DNA of 64,000 nt from Gammaproteobacteria bacterium (lineage in GTDB: Bacteria; Pseudomonadota; Gammaproteobacteria; JAJFJF01), in assembly GCA_021774255.1 (NCBI GenBank), contig JAJFJF010000012.1, positions 30,259 to 94,258 of the forward strand, in the 5' to 3' direction. Position 1 is the stretch's first letter, and every line of letters begins with the position of its first letter. Of the stretch, positions 28,159-37,895 are shown piece after piece. A program made the translations under genes and the position numbers. The notes under the pieces were generated by a model. That model saw nothing but the letters and a program-made list of their open reading frames with translations, ran no database searches and was not told the DNA's origin.

Positions 28159-29127
28159 ATGGAAACATTAAACTTCAAAAAAGCTGTAGAGGCTGCTCAC
28201 GCAAAGATAAGACCTTATCTCTATCAAACCCCTTTAATAAAGGCGTATGCGCTGAGCCATCGGCTAGACGCTGACATCTATCTCAAACTTGAAAACACAC
28301 AGCTCACCCATTCCTTTAAAATTCGCGGTGCTTTTAATAAGGTTTTATCACTCCCCCCTGAAGAAAGGCAGCGTGGTGTCATCACCGCCTCAACGGGTAA
28401 TCATGGTGCGGCGGTGGCATTTGCCTGCCAGAAAATGAATATACCGGCTAAAATTTTTGTTGCTCACAATACACCTGATAGCAAGACCCAAAGCATTAAA
28501 CAGTTTGGTGGCGAGTTGATATTAAGCGGTGCAGATTGTGGTGAAGCAGAACAAAATGCACGCGCCTACGCAGCAGAAAATCAGTTAACCTATATCTCGC
28601 CTTATAACGATATTGATGTGATCTGCGGGCAAGGCACGATTGGGTGTGAAATACTGAGCGTCATGGATGATCTTGACGAAATCTATATCTCTGTTGGTGG
28701 GGGTGGGCTTATTTCTGGGATCGCAGGCTATCTTAAATCCGTTAAAAAAGACGTCAAGGCCATTGCTTGCTTGCCAGAAAATTCACCCGTGATGTACGAG
28801 AGTGTGCAGGCTGGCAAAATAGTGACATTTGCTAATAAGCCTACTCTGTCTGATTCAACTGCAGGGAACCTAGACTTAGATTCAGTGACATTTGATTTTT
28901 GTAAGCAATATGTGGATGACTACACACTTGTCAGTGAAAGTGAGATAGCCCAAGCTATCAAGCTTTTCCTAACACAAGAACATATGCTGGTAGAAGGTGC
29001 TGCTGCAGTGCCCCTCGCCGCCCTGCTAAAAGCAAAAGATAAAATCCAAGGGAAAAAAATTGTTATAGTGGTGTGTGGGGCGAATATCACTCTTGAGCGG
29101 CTAAAGCAGGTTATTTGTGATGGCTAA
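28159..29127 (+). CDS. PLP-dependent threonine/serine dehydratase-like enzyme (fold-type II)
   Basis: The start was set at METLNF, 21 codons after the track start. The PLP-binding lysine motif is SFKIRGAFNK. STGNHGAAVA and a glycine-rich loop are also present. Confidence 0.8.
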   Translation: METLNFKKAVEAAHAKIRPYLYQTPLIKAYALSHRLDADIYLKLENTQLTHSFKIRGAFNKVLSLPPEERQRGVITASTGNHGAAVAFACQKMNIPAKIFVAHNTPDSKTQSIKQFGGELILSGADCGEAEQNARAYAAENQLTYISPYNDIDVICGQGTIGCEILSVMDDLDEIYISVGGGGLISGIAGYLKSVKKDVKAIACLPENSPVMYESVQAGKIVTFANKPTLSDSTAGNLDLDSVTFDFCKQYVDDYTLVSESEIAQAIKLFLTQEHMLVEGAAAVPLAALLKAKDKIQGKKIVIVVCGANITLERLKQVICDG

Positions 29128-29195
29128 TCGGGTAGCCCCTCACCCTAAAGGCAAAAGCAATAAAACATTACAAATCAATAAACTAAACTATAAAT

Positions 29196-29756
29196 ATGAA
29201 GCTATTATTTGACTTTATCCCATTGTTGGCATTTTTTATTGCCTTTAAAATTTACGATATTTTTGTAGCCACGGCTGTACTCATGGTGGCCTGCGTCCTG
29301 CAAATAACCCTCTTCTGGCTAAAAAATCGACGCTTTGAAACCATGCATGTTGCCACGCTTGCGGCTGTATTAGTGTTTGGTACAGCAACGATTCTTCTCC
29401 ATGACCCTATTTTTATTATTTGGAAAGCGACCATTGTTAACTGGTTGTTCGCTGCACTCTTCTTGGGCACACAGTTTATTGGCGAGAAAAACCTTATTCA
29501 GCGCCTAATGGAAAAAAACTTGCCTTTGCCCGCCAACGTCTGGACACATCTTAATATCAGCTGGGTGATCTTTTTTGCGGTCATGGGCTTTGCAAACTTA
29601 TATGTTGCCTTTAACTTTTCTCAAGAAGTCTGGGTAAACTTTAAAGTATTTGGCATGCTGGGCCTGACACTGGCCTTTGTGCTTGTGCAGGCGTTGTATA
29701 TGGCACGCTTTATGAAAGAACCAGAGCAAAATCCCTCTCAACAAGACAAGCAATGA
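29196..29756 (+). CDS. yciB: inner-membrane septation protein YciB (IspZ)
   Basis: It begins MKLLFDFIPLLAFFIAFKIYDIF. It has 5 TM helices. The ~180-aa length is typical of YciB. Confidence 0.85.
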   Translation: MKLLFDFIPLLAFFIAFKIYDIFVATAVLMVACVLQITLFWLKNRRFETMHVATLAAVLVFGTATILLHDPIFIIWKATIVNWLFAALFLGTQFIGEKNLIQRLMEKNLPLPANVWTHLNISWVIFFAVMGFANLYVAFNFSQEVWVNFKVFGMLGLTLAFVLVQALYMARFMKEPEQNPSQQDKQ

Positions 29757-29892
29757 ACCCTAAAGGCAAAAGCTCATCCAATACACTTACCTCTCACTAT
29801 TAATATTTAACCAAGACAACCTGCCTCACTCCCCCTAGAACAACCCATATTTTTATTATGTTAAATGTGATGTGTTTTTTTAGGGCCTTCTC

Positions 29893-30202
29893 TTAAAAAA
29901 ACTGTTTGCCTATTTCAGTATGTCTGACCCAATGCGCGCGGGGCTTTTGTGTCCGAACACTAGGCGCATCGGCACGGCATCGGAACCCTCTCCAAGGGAA
30001 CCCGTTCCATAGGCATTCCTGATACAACTGAGCCCGTAAAATAGGCAGTTGTGATGATGTCGAGGTTAAAACCCACCAGGCCACCCACAAAGTCACCAGA
30101 GACCATGACGGAGCCCTTTGCATAAGCACGCATGGTCATGTCGCTGCTAAAATTCACTAGGCCAGCCACAAAGTAAGCAGAGCTCATTGAAGAGCTGCTC
30201 AT
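29893..30202 (-). pseudogene. degenerate/frameshifted fragment of a GLUG-like gene
   Basis: Two overlapping short ORFs sit in different frames. One encodes FVGGLVGFNLDIITTAYFTGSVV. A regulon motif lies ~75 bp upstream. The remnant is far too short for a complete module. Confidence 0.5.
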
Positions 30203-30277
30203 GATATAAGTAAAATTATTTTAATAACAAAAACGAAAAGTATGAGAAAACCTGTTTCAAAAAATAACTTTAACTTT

Positions 30278-30313
30278 TCTAAATATATAGAGTAACATCG
30301 ACGTGTATGTATG
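30278..30313 (-). promoter_or_regulatory. conserved regulon promoter motif copy (minus strand, 19/22 core match) driving the GLUG remnant
   Basis: The reverse complement reads GTAGCATACATACACGTCGATGTTACTCTATATATTTAGA. Confidence 0.5.
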
Positions 30314-30354
30314 CTACCCCTCGAACAGTGAACAGGCCATGAACGCTTAGAACT

Positions 30355-30389
30355 AAACTTACCCGCGGATGCTACACCATATATATAGA
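30355..30389 (+). promoter_or_regulatory. conserved regulon promoter motif copy (21/22 core match), divergent from the previous copy
   Basis: The sequence is AACTTACCCGCGGATGCTACACCATATATATAGA. It ends 10 bp before the ATG at 30400. Confidence 0.5.
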
Positions 30390-30399
30390 GAGAAAAAAA

Positions 30400-30905
30400 A
30401 TGGGGACGCGGGGGAAGAGAGCGCATCCGAGCTGGGCAGCGTTTTTTTCTGAGGATACGGACAACAGGCCCTCCCTTCCTTCGTTTTCGAAGGGGCCAAC
30501 TGCAGGTCGCCCGCTTGAGCGGCCTCCTTGCGATGACGAAGCAACGGCGGATGAGGCCCCAGAGGACCAAGCGTGGATTAGTTACTGTCAAGAGCTTGTT
30601 GAGTTGGAGCACCAGAAGAACACCGACAACAACAGAGATTCGCCCATTGACGGTTCCTTCTTGAATAGGCAGGACCCCTATGAGTGGCTGATTAACCACT
30701 TGACTTGGATCTACATTATGAGGCGCTGAACGCTGCCGAACGTCTTTTTTGGATGCTGGACTACTCAGAGGACGAACCCACAGAGGAAGAGAAGAGAAAG
30801 CTGGCGAGTAGCACGAGAGCATACAACTTTTCTCACACTTGGGCGGCCGATAGTGAGAGAGAAAGCCTCTACTCATTTTTTTATTCAAAGAATTTTATTT
30901 TATAA
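30400..30905 (+). CDS. hypothetical small acidic protein, apparently frameshifted (30400..30729 and 30705..30905) - possible pseudogene or sRNA
   Basis: It sits downstream of the motif. The segment is locally GC-rich. The two ORFs overlap in different frames. The opposite-strand 229-aa ORF is low-complexity and R/K-rich and looks spurious. Confidence 0.3.
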
Positions 30906-30995
30906 GGAAAGGATATCAAAGGGTATTTTAAAAACAGCAAAATTAAGTTGTAAATCTGACTTTATTTTGTAATGACTGAGGGTTAGTATTTAATA

Positions 30996-31072
30996 TGGCG
31001 CGCCCGGAGAGATTCGAACTCCCGACCGCCTGGTTCGTAGCCAGGTACTCTATCCAGCTGAGCTACGGGCGC
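30996..31072 (-). tRNA. argV: tRNA-Arg (anticodon ACG)
   Basis: The reverse complement reads GCGCCCGTAGCTCAGCTGGATAGAGTACCTGGCTACGAACCAGG...GGTTCGAATC...CCA. It has a cloverleaf with a CT-ACG-AA anticodon loop. It is very similar to E. coli argV. Confidence 0.9.
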
Positions 31073-31118
31073 GTTGTCAGTTTATGTCAGAAATGTGTGG
31101 CCGGAGAGGTCGGGATCT

Positions 31119-31178
31119 GCAGACTCTCTGCGTAAACTAGGTTTAGCTTACCACAATAGTGGCGGAGAGGGAGGGATT
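31119..31178. repeat. 60-bp direct repeat copy 1: duplicated tRNA-Ser 3' end (19 nt) plus 41 bp of 3' flank
   Basis: It is identical to 31300..31359. It contains TGGCGGAGAGGGAGGGATT, the 3' acceptor/T-arm of tRNA-Ser, but no rest of the tRNA. Confidence 0.7.
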
Positions 31179-31299
31179 GCCTCCGGGCTCCTGCCCTACG
31201 GCCCTTCGGGGCGGCTGCGCCGACCCAAATCGCTGTCCTGCGATTTGGTCGAACCCTCTGCTCGGGTTCTCATCCCTCTGCGAGTTAAAAATAAACACC

Positions 31300-31359
31300 G
31301 CAGACTCTCTGCGTAAACTAGGTTTAGCTTACCACAATAGTGGCGGAGAGGGAGGGATT
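31300..31359. repeat. 60-bp direct repeat copy 2 (overlaps the intact tRNA-Ser 3' end)
   Basis: It is identical to 31119..31178. Confidence 0.7.
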
Positions 31360-31431
31360 CGAACCCTCGATGGAGTTTTGCCCCATACTCCCTTAGCAGG
31401 GGAGCGCCTTCAGCCACTCGGCCACCTCTCC
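31341..31431 (-). tRNA. serV: tRNA-Ser (anticodon GCU), long variable arm
   Basis: The reverse complement reads GGAGAGGTGGCCGAGTGGCTGAAGGCGCTCCCCTGCTAAGGGAG...GGGTTCGAATCCCTCCCTCTCCGCCA. It is 91 nt and close to E. coli serV. Confidence 0.9.
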
Positions 31432-31684
31432 AATTCAGAATCATTTCTGGAGCGGGATAATATCATGTTTGACAGCCAAGCAGTAGCCAGAAAAAGCAGG
31501 AATGAGAGGTATGGTGTGGAATCCGTGTCTCGGCGCTCGCCGGGCCGAAGCAGTGCTTCGGCTTATCCCGGCTCGCCCTGCCATCCATCGCGCAAATAAG
31601 GTAGGTCAAGCCGGGGCCCCAAGGTATGACAGCAATCTGGGGTAGCCCGGTCGAAAGAATATTATGTTACGTAGGCAGCAGGAT

Positions 31685-31891
31685 CTATTCTTCAGGGGAA
31701 GATTCGGGCTTCTCGACGCCACCTTCTTTCTCTTTTTGAATACGTTGATAGATCTCTTCACGGTGTACCGCCACTTCTTTAGGGGCATCCACACCAATAC
31801 GGACTTGGTTGCCTTTCACACCTAGCACCGTCACGGTCACTTCATCCCCTATCATCAACGTCTCACCGACACGTCTTGTTAAGATAAGCAT
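31685..31891 (-). CDS. csrA: carbon storage regulator CsrA/RsmA
   Basis: The sequence [48 protein letters not shown] is a near-canonical CsrA. It has a short acidic tail. Confidence 0.95.
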   Translation of the reverse strand: MLILTRRVGETLMIGDEVTVTVLGVKGNQVRIGVDAPKEVAVHREEIYQRIQKEKEGGVEKPESSPEE

Positions 31892-31947
31892 TTTATTTCT
31901 CCTTCATCCAATCCAATTAATACGCCGAATATTCCGTTGTTATCATT

Positions 31948-33192
31948 CTATTTTGTTAAATCAACTTCTTCAGTTGGCGCTTTTTCCAAGTCAAACGCGG
32001 CGTGCAATGCGCGCACACCGAGCTCCAAATATTTTTCGTCAATCACCACAGAGGTTTTAATCTCCGAAGTAGTGACTAACTGAATATTAATGCCCTCTTT
32101 TGCAAGCACTGAAAACATTTTGCTTGCAATGCCCGGGTGAGATCGCATCCCTACCCCGACAATTGAAATTTTTGCAATCTTGTTATCACCCGTGACCGCT
32201 TTAGCCGGTAAACTTTCAATGAGTGGCTCAAGTAGCTGTAACGCATGTTCATAATCTTCACGCTGCACAGTAAAACTTAAATCCGTAGAACTATCACGCA
32301 CGGTATTTTGCACAATCACATCCACGTCAATATTGGCATCGCTAATCGGTTGCAAAATACGGTAAGCCGCACCCGGCTCATCAGGCACACCCGTAATCGT
32401 CAATTTGGCTTCGTTTTTGTTAAACGCAATTCCAGACACCACAGGTTGTTCCATCTCTTTTTCCTCATACGTAATTAATGTACCGGGTCCGTCTTCAAAA
32501 CTTGATAACACCTGCAACGGAACATTGTACTTGCCTGCAAATTCCACTGAGCGTAACTGCAATACTTTAGCGCCCAGACTCGCCATCTCTAACATTTCTT
32601 CAAAGGTAATACGTGCTAACCGCCGCGCAGCCGGTTCAATGCGGGGATCGGTGGTATATACACCATCCACATCCGTATAAATCTGACACCTATCTGCTTT
32701 CAGAGCAGCCGCTAACGCCACTGCCGTCGTATCTGAACCACCTCTTCCTAACGTCGTAATATTGCCCTCACTATCACTGCCTTGAAAGCCCGCGACGACA
32801 ACAATTCGTCCTTCATCAAGATCGGCACGAATTTTCTTTTCATCAATCTCTAAAATGCGCGCTTTGCCGTGTGCGCTATCGGTGCGGATGTGTACTTGCG
32901 CACCCGTGTAAGAACGAGACAAAAATCCTTTGCTTATTAACAAAATACATATCAAAGCAATAGTAGATTGTTCACCTGTTGATAGCAGCACATCCATCTC
33001 GCGTGGATCAGGATCAAAACTTAACCCATGGGCCATTTCAATCAGACGATTGGTTTCTCCCGCCATCGCTGATACGACCACGACAACATCGTTGCCTTGG
33101 CGTTTGGCGCGAATAATACGCTCCACCACCTCATGTATGCGCTCAAGTGAGCCCACTGAGGTGCCGCCGTATTTTTGTACCCAGAGTCCCAT
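31948..33192 (-). CDS. lysC: aspartate kinase
   Basis: The start was set at MGLWVQKYGGTSVGS. The amino-acid-kinase domain is followed by two ACT domains. The position between alaS and csrA matches Pseudomonas-like synteny. Confidence 0.9.
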   Translation of the reverse strand: MGLWVQKYGGTSVGSLERIHEVVERIIRAKRQGNDVVVVVSAMAGETNRLIEMAHGLSFDPDPREMDVLLSTGEQSTIALICILLISKGFLSRSYTGAQVHIRTDSAHGKARILEIDEKKIRADLDEGRIVVVAGFQGSDSEGNITTLGRGGSDTTAVALAAALKADRCQIYTDVDGVYTTDPRIEPAARRLARITFEEMLEMASLGAKVLQLRSVEFAGKYNVPLQVLSSFEDGPGTLITYEEKEMEQPVVSGIAFNKNEAKLTITGVPDEPGAAYRILQPISDANIDVDVIVQNTVRDSSTDLSFTVQREDYEHALQLLEPLIESLPAKAVTGDNKIAKISIVGVGMRSHPGIASKMFSVLAKEGINIQLVTTSEIKTSVVIDEKYLELGVRALHAAFDLEKAPTEEVDLTK

Positions 33193-33422
33193 GTGTTGTC
33201 CCTGTATCCTGCTTAATTTGATAAAACATGACATTTTGCCATGGAAATGGCTACTTAGTCCATGATTTTAGCCACTAAACTTAAAGATTAAGCTAGAAAA
33301 ATAAATTATTTTTCTCACATCTATAAAAATAGTAATAATATAAGGATATTGCCAAGTTATAACAAATTACTTTAAGAGTAAAACACAAAGAAATAGCTTA
33401 AAGTTATTGATTAACTTGAACT

Positions 33423-36029
33423 TTATTGGTGTTTTTTATTTTCACTGATCCAAGCAGGTAGTGAAGCTAAAGCTGCTTCTAAGTGCTCAGGCTGATTGCC
33501 GCCAGCTTGGGCAATATCAGGGCGGCCTCCGCCTTTGCCACCCACTTGAGTAGCAACGAAATTAACGAGATCGCCTGCTTTAATCTGAGCAGTGAGCCCT
33601 TTACTCACCCCCACCACAACACTCACTTTTCCATCATTCACCGCCGCGAGCACAACAATCGCCGTGCCCAGCTTATCAACCAGTTTGGGCACCATCTCGC
33701 GCAGGGTTTTAGCATCAGCGGTTATTTCTTGCAGCAGCAGTTTTGCACCGTCTGTTTCTTGCGCGGCAAGCAGCAAATCTTGTATCGCAAACTGTGCTAA
33801 TTTACTTTGCAATTTAGTCTGTGCTTTTTCTAAATCACGTTGGCGTTGCTGTAACTGTGTGACTTTTGCTTCCACTTCGTCTCGCTTGCAATTTAAGGCA
33901 CCAGAAAGTTGTTTAATTTGCGATTCAGCATTCAGCACCCAATCCAGCGCTACTTGGCCCGTCACCGCTTCAATACGGCGAATACCGGCCGCCACCGCTT
34001 CTTCTGTGCTTATCTTCAGCAAACCAATATCACCGGTGCGATCAACATGCGTACCACCACACAGCTCCATTGAAAAATCACCCATGTTTAATACACGTAC
34101 TTGATCAGCGTATTTCTCACCAAATAGCGCCAGCGCGCCTTTTTTAGTTGCTTCTTCCGGCGTCATGATATCCGTCACCACGGCACTATTCAGGCGGATC
34201 TGCGCATTCACCAAGCTTTCAATGTCGTGTAGCTGCTCTGTAGAAAGTGCTTTGGGATGCGAAAAGTCAAACCGCAGACGCTGCGCATCGACTAACGAGC
34301 CTTTCTGTATCACGCCCTCCCCTAAGACATGTCGCAATGCTGCATGCAAAAGGTGGGTAGCAGAGTGATTTAAACGCGTCGCTTGGCGCGTGCGGGGGTC
34401 AACTTCAGCCGTGACCGTCGCACCTTGCTGCAACTGCCCTTTTTTGAGCGTACCGATATGCAGATGGACGCCCGCTTGCTTTTGCGTGTCACGCACCACA
34501 AACAAGCCATGATCAAGCAAATGGATCTCACCTTGATCACCCACTTGCCCACCACTTTCGGCATAAAAAGGCGTTTTTTCAAGCACGATCACAGCGTCAT
34601 CGCCTTCTGCTAAGGTATCGACTTCTACCCCATCACGAAATAATGCCGGGGCGCTGGTTTCAACACGTAAATGATCATAGCCCACAAAATCAGTTGACAA
34701 CTTTTCATCCAGCGCCAAGGCTTTTTGATCATAAAAATGACTGCTCGCACGTGCGCGTGCACGTTGCTGCTCCATTTCTTTTTCAAAGCCTGGCATGTCC
34801 AGGGTTAAGTCACGCTCACGCGCAATATCAGCCGTGAGGTCAACCGGAAAGCCATAGGTATCGTATAAACGAAATACAACATGCCCCGGGATCTGCTTAC
34901 CTTTTAAATCTCGCAAGGCATCTTCTAAAATACCCATGCCTTGTTCAAGCGTCTTGGCAAACTGCTGCTCTTCGGTTTGCAGTACTTCTTCGCATAGTGC
35001 TTGCGATTGCGCGAGTTCAGGGTAGGCTTCCCCCATCTCTTTGACGAGCACAGCCACTAACTTCGAGAAGAACGGATCCACCACGCCCAATTGATGACCA
35101 TGACGAATAGCGCGCCGGATAATACGACGCAACACATAACCCCGTCCTTCATTGCTAGGCGTCACGCCATCGAGAATTAAGAACACGCAGGCGCGAATAT
35201 GATCTGCAATCACCCGCAGCGAGCTGTTGTCCAGTTCACGTGTCTGGGTAATATCGGCAACCGCCTGAATAATATTTTTGAAAAGATCGATGTCGTAATT
35301 GCTATGCACACCTTGTACAACAGCTGCAATACGCTCCAAGCCCATCCCCGTATCCACAGAAGGTTTGGGTAAAGAATGCAATTCACCGTTCGCATCACGG
35401 TTATACTGCATAAAGACAAGATTCCAGATCTCAACGTAACGCTCGCCTTCTTCATCCGGGCTACCCGGCGGACCACCGGCGACGTCAGGCCCATGGTCGT
35501 AGAATATTTCCGAACACGGCCCACAAGGACCCGTGTCACCCATGGCCCAAAAATTATCTTTCTCGCCACAGCGCGAAAAGCGCTCAGGATCAACTTTCAG
35601 CTCTTTTAGCCAGATATCAGCGGCTTCATCGTCATCTTGATAGACAGTCACCCATAAACGCTCTGGCGGCAAGCCCAAAACGCCTGTTAAAAACTCCCAG
35701 GCATAGGCAATGGCTTCACGTTTAAAATAATCTCCGAAACTAAAATTACCGAGCATTTCAAAGAATGTGTGGTGGCGCGCGGTATACCCTACATTTTCCA
35801 GATCGTTATGCTTGCCCCCTGCCCGTACACAGCGCTGGCTACTCGTTGCTCGCTGATAACCGCGGTTATCTTTCCCCAGAAAGCTGTCTTTGAACTGCAC
35901 CATGCCCGCATTAGTAAAGAGCAAGGTGGGATCATCCAGTGGCACCAGCGAACTACTTGGCACAATTTGATGGTCTTTTTGAGCAAAATAGTCAAGAAAG
36001 GTTTGGCGGATCTGATTAACTGTTTTCAT
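33423..36029 (-). CDS. alaS: alanine--tRNA ligase
   Basis: The 868-aa protein has the class II core. The editing-domain motifs HSATHLLH and CGGTHV are present. The C-terminus is a DHHA1-like domain. Confidence 0.95.
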   Translation of the reverse strand: MKTVNQIRQTFLDYFAQKDHQIVPSSSLVPLDDPTLLFTNAGMVQFKDSFLGKDNRGYQRATSSQRCVRAGGKHNDLENVGYTARHHTFFEMLGNFSFGDYFKREAIAYAWEFLTGVLGLPPERLWVTVYQDDDEAADIWLKELKVDPERFSRCGEKDNFWAMGDTGPCGPCSEIFYDHGPDVAGGPPGSPDEEGERYVEIWNLVFMQYNRDANGELHSLPKPSVDTGMGLERIAAVVQGVHSNYDIDLFKNIIQAVADITQTRELDNSSLRVIADHIRACVFLILDGVTPSNEGRGYVLRRIIRRAIRHGHQLGVVDPFFSKLVAVLVKEMGEAYPELAQSQALCEEVLQTEEQQFAKTLEQGMGILEDALRDLKGKQIPGHVVFRLYDTYGFPVDLTADIARERDLTLDMPGFEKEMEQQRARARASSHFYDQKALALDEKLSTDFVGYDHLRVETSAPALFRDGVEVDTLAEGDDAVIVLEKTPFYAESGGQVGDQGEIHLLDHGLFVVRDTQKQAGVHLHIGTLKKGQLQQGATVTAEVDPRTRQATRLNHSATHLLHAALRHVLGEGVIQKGSLVDAQRLRFDFSHPKALSTEQLHDIESLVNAQIRLNSAVVTDIMTPEEATKKGALALFGEKYADQVRVLNMGDFSMELCGGTHVDRTGDIGLLKISTEEAVAAGIRRIEAVTGQVALDWVLNAESQIKQLSGALNCKRDEVEAKVTQLQQRQRDLEKAQTKLQSKLAQFAIQDLLLAAQETDGAKLLLQEITADAKTLREMVPKLVDKLGTAIVVLAAVNDGKVSVVVGVSKGLTAQIKAGDLVNFVATQVGGKGGGRPDIAQAGGNQPEHLEAALASLPAWISENKKHQ

Positions 36030-36483
36030 GATGGGGTGTTTCTTTTAGCGCGCGACGTATTTGATCGCTAGTGAACCCTCGGTAACGAAGGAAATTTATT
36101 TGTTTAGCGTGTTCCTGAACGGTTGTTGTTTGGTTTGTCTCCACGTCAAAACGCTTTAGATAAGCTTGGCGAGCATGCGCTATCCATTGGGCTTCATCAA
36201 GCGCTAAAGCGGCCTCACTTAAAACGCTTTCAATGCCTCGCTCTTGCAGCTCAACACGAATACGTACGGGCCCATAGCCGCGCACGATACGAGCACGCAC
36301 ATACGCTTCGCAAAAACGCTGTTCGCTGAGTAAGTCTTCTTCCAGTAATAAGGCAATAGCAGCATCAATCTCTGTTGCTTGCTCTGGAAAGCGCTGCAAT
36401 AACTTTGTTTTAAGCTCTTTTTGAGAGTGTTCGCGGCGAGCAAGCAGGCGCATGGCTGCTTGCTGTATCTCCACCGCTACCAT
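36016..36483 (-). CDS. recX: recombination regulator RecX
   Basis: The 155-aa protein is immediately downstream of recA. The alaS start overlaps its 3' end. It has the three-helix repeat architecture. Confidence 0.85.
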   Translation of the reverse strand: MVAVEIQQAAMRLLARREHSQKELKTKLLQRFPEQATEIDAAIALLLEEDLLSEQRFCEAYVRARIVRGYGPVRIRVELQERGIESVLSEAALALDEAQWIAHARQAYLKRFDVETNQTTTVQEHAKQINFLRYRGFTSDQIRRALKETPHHENS

Positions 36484-36486
36484 TAT

Positions 36487-37530
36487 TTACTCAGCCGCTT
36501 CCGCTACGCCTTCTTCAGCTACTTTAGAAGTTGCATTAAGGTCAGGCAATAATATCCCTCTTAATTTACCTTCAATTTCAGCTGCAATCTCTGGATTTTC
36601 TTTCAAAAAGGTGCGCACATTGTCTTTACCTTGACCAATACGCTGATCGCCATAGCTATACCAAGCACCGGATTTATCGACAATCCCTTCTTGCACACCT
36701 AAAGAAATGAGCTCACCCTCGCGCGAAATACCTTCGCCGTATAAAATCTCAAACTCAGTTTGCTTAAACGGCGGCGCCACTTTGTTTTTCACGACTTTCA
36801 CACGCGTTTCATTACCGACTACTTCATCGCCTTTCTTAATGGCACCAATACGACGAATATCCATCCGTACTGAAGAGTAGAATTTTAAGGCATTACCACC
36901 GGTCGTGGTTTCAGGGTTACCAAACATCACGCCGATCTTCATACGTATTTGGTTAATAAAGATAACTAAGCAATTGGAACGCTTAATATTTGCTGTCAGT
37001 TTACGTAAGGCTTGAGACATGAGGCGGGCTTGTAACCCCATGTGACTGTCGCCCATATCGCCTTCAATCTCTGCTTTTGGCGTGAGCGCTGCCACCGAGT
37101 CAACCACCAACACGTCAACGGCCGCTGAACGCACGAGCATATCGGTAATTTCCAAAGCTTGCTCACCGGTGTCAGGCTGTGAGACGAGCAAATCATCTAC
37201 ATTCACTCCGAGTTTTCCGGCATAAATTGGATCGAGAGCATGCTCCGCATCCACAAAGGCCGCGGTACCGCCTGCTTTTTGGCATTCCGCAATGACTTGC
37301 AATGTGAGTGTGGTTTTACCCGATGACTCTGGCCCGTAAATTTCCACTACCCGGCCTTTTGGTAAGCCACCAATGCCCAAAGCAACATCTAGCCCCAAAG
37401 AACCTGTTGAAATACTTTCAATATTGCGCGAGACGGTTGAATCGCCCATACGCATCACCGAGCCCTTGCCAAACTGGCGGTCTATCTGACCCAATGCTGC
37501 TTCGAGTGCTTTTGCTTTATTGTCATTCAT
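36487..37530 (-). CDS. recA: recombinase RecA
   Basis: The sequences [23 protein letters not shown]...[24 protein letters not shown] are canonical RecA. Confidence 0.95.
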   Translation of the reverse strand: MNDNKAKALEAALGQIDRQFGKGSVMRMGDSTVSRNIESISTGSLGLDVALGIGGLPKGRVVEIYGPESSGKTTLTLQVIAECQKAGGTAAFVDAEHALDPIYAGKLGVNVDDLLVSQPDTGEQALEITDMLVRSAAVDVLVVDSVAALTPKAEIEGDMGDSHMGLQARLMSQALRKLTANIKRSNCLVIFINQIRMKIGVMFGNPETTTGGNALKFYSSVRMDIRRIGAIKKGDEVVGNETRVKVVKNKVAPPFKQTEFEILYGEGISREGELISLGVQEGIVDKSGAWYSYGDQRIGQGKDNVRTFLKENPEIAAEIEGKLRGILLPDLNATSKVAEEGVAEAAE

Positions 37531-37721
37531 GCTCTTAATCTACCTCAATTTTAGTTGTGCCGAGTGGCATAAGGGGGAAGATTATTATCACATACAAACT
37601 ACTAGCGCGATAGTGCCTGCCTGAGTGGATCTGCCTTTGTCATAGCGCTAAGCTGGTTTTTAATGCCTTAGATAGCAGCCTGCTTACTCTGATGATCTCA
37701 AAAAGTCTGTCATTTTATTGT

Positions 37722-37808
37722 AGGGACACGGCGTGCCGTGCCCTCTCGAACGCAAAATGCGAACTCAGAGCTGGGCGCAGACGCCGTGCCCCTGCAAAAA
37801 ATTTATAA
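37722..37808. repeat. short MITE/REP-like palindromic element related to 14449..14720 (termini TTGTAGGGACACGGCGTGCCGTGCCC ... GACGCCGTGCCCCTGCAAAAAA)
   Basis: The terminal inverted repeats share the GTAGGGRCACGGCGTGCC core with the element downstream of mip. Confidence 0.45.
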
Positions 37809-37840
37809 CTTACCTGACGATGTTACCTCATATGTATAGA
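37806..37840 (+). promoter_or_regulatory. conserved regulon promoter motif copy (TAACTTACCTGACGATGTTACCTCATATGTATAGA)
   Basis: It matches the core at 19 of 22 positions. It lies 55 bp upstream of the ATG at 37896. Confidence 0.5.
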
Positions 37841-37895
37841 CCCCAAACAGCCCACAGAAAAAACGTGAAAAAAATCTTGCTACCCAGACAAGAAA

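Noticed and set aside
30199-30888. 229-aa ORF on the minus strand
   Set aside because: The translation is low-complexity and Arg/Lys-rich, typical of an antisense frame in GC-rich DNA. The regulon promoter points the other way. The plus-strand frames were preferred, themselves at low confidence.
31119-31431. Integrated prophage or genomic island at tRNA-Ser
   Set aside because: Only 123 bp lie between the attL/attR-like repeats. There is no integrase and no cargo. It is kept as a scar or remnant finding only.
31074-31599. Track ORFs 31074..31316, 31159..31599 and 31196..31444
   Set aside because: They overlap the tRNA-Ser and tRNA-Arg genes and the duplicated tRNA 3' end. They are spurious.
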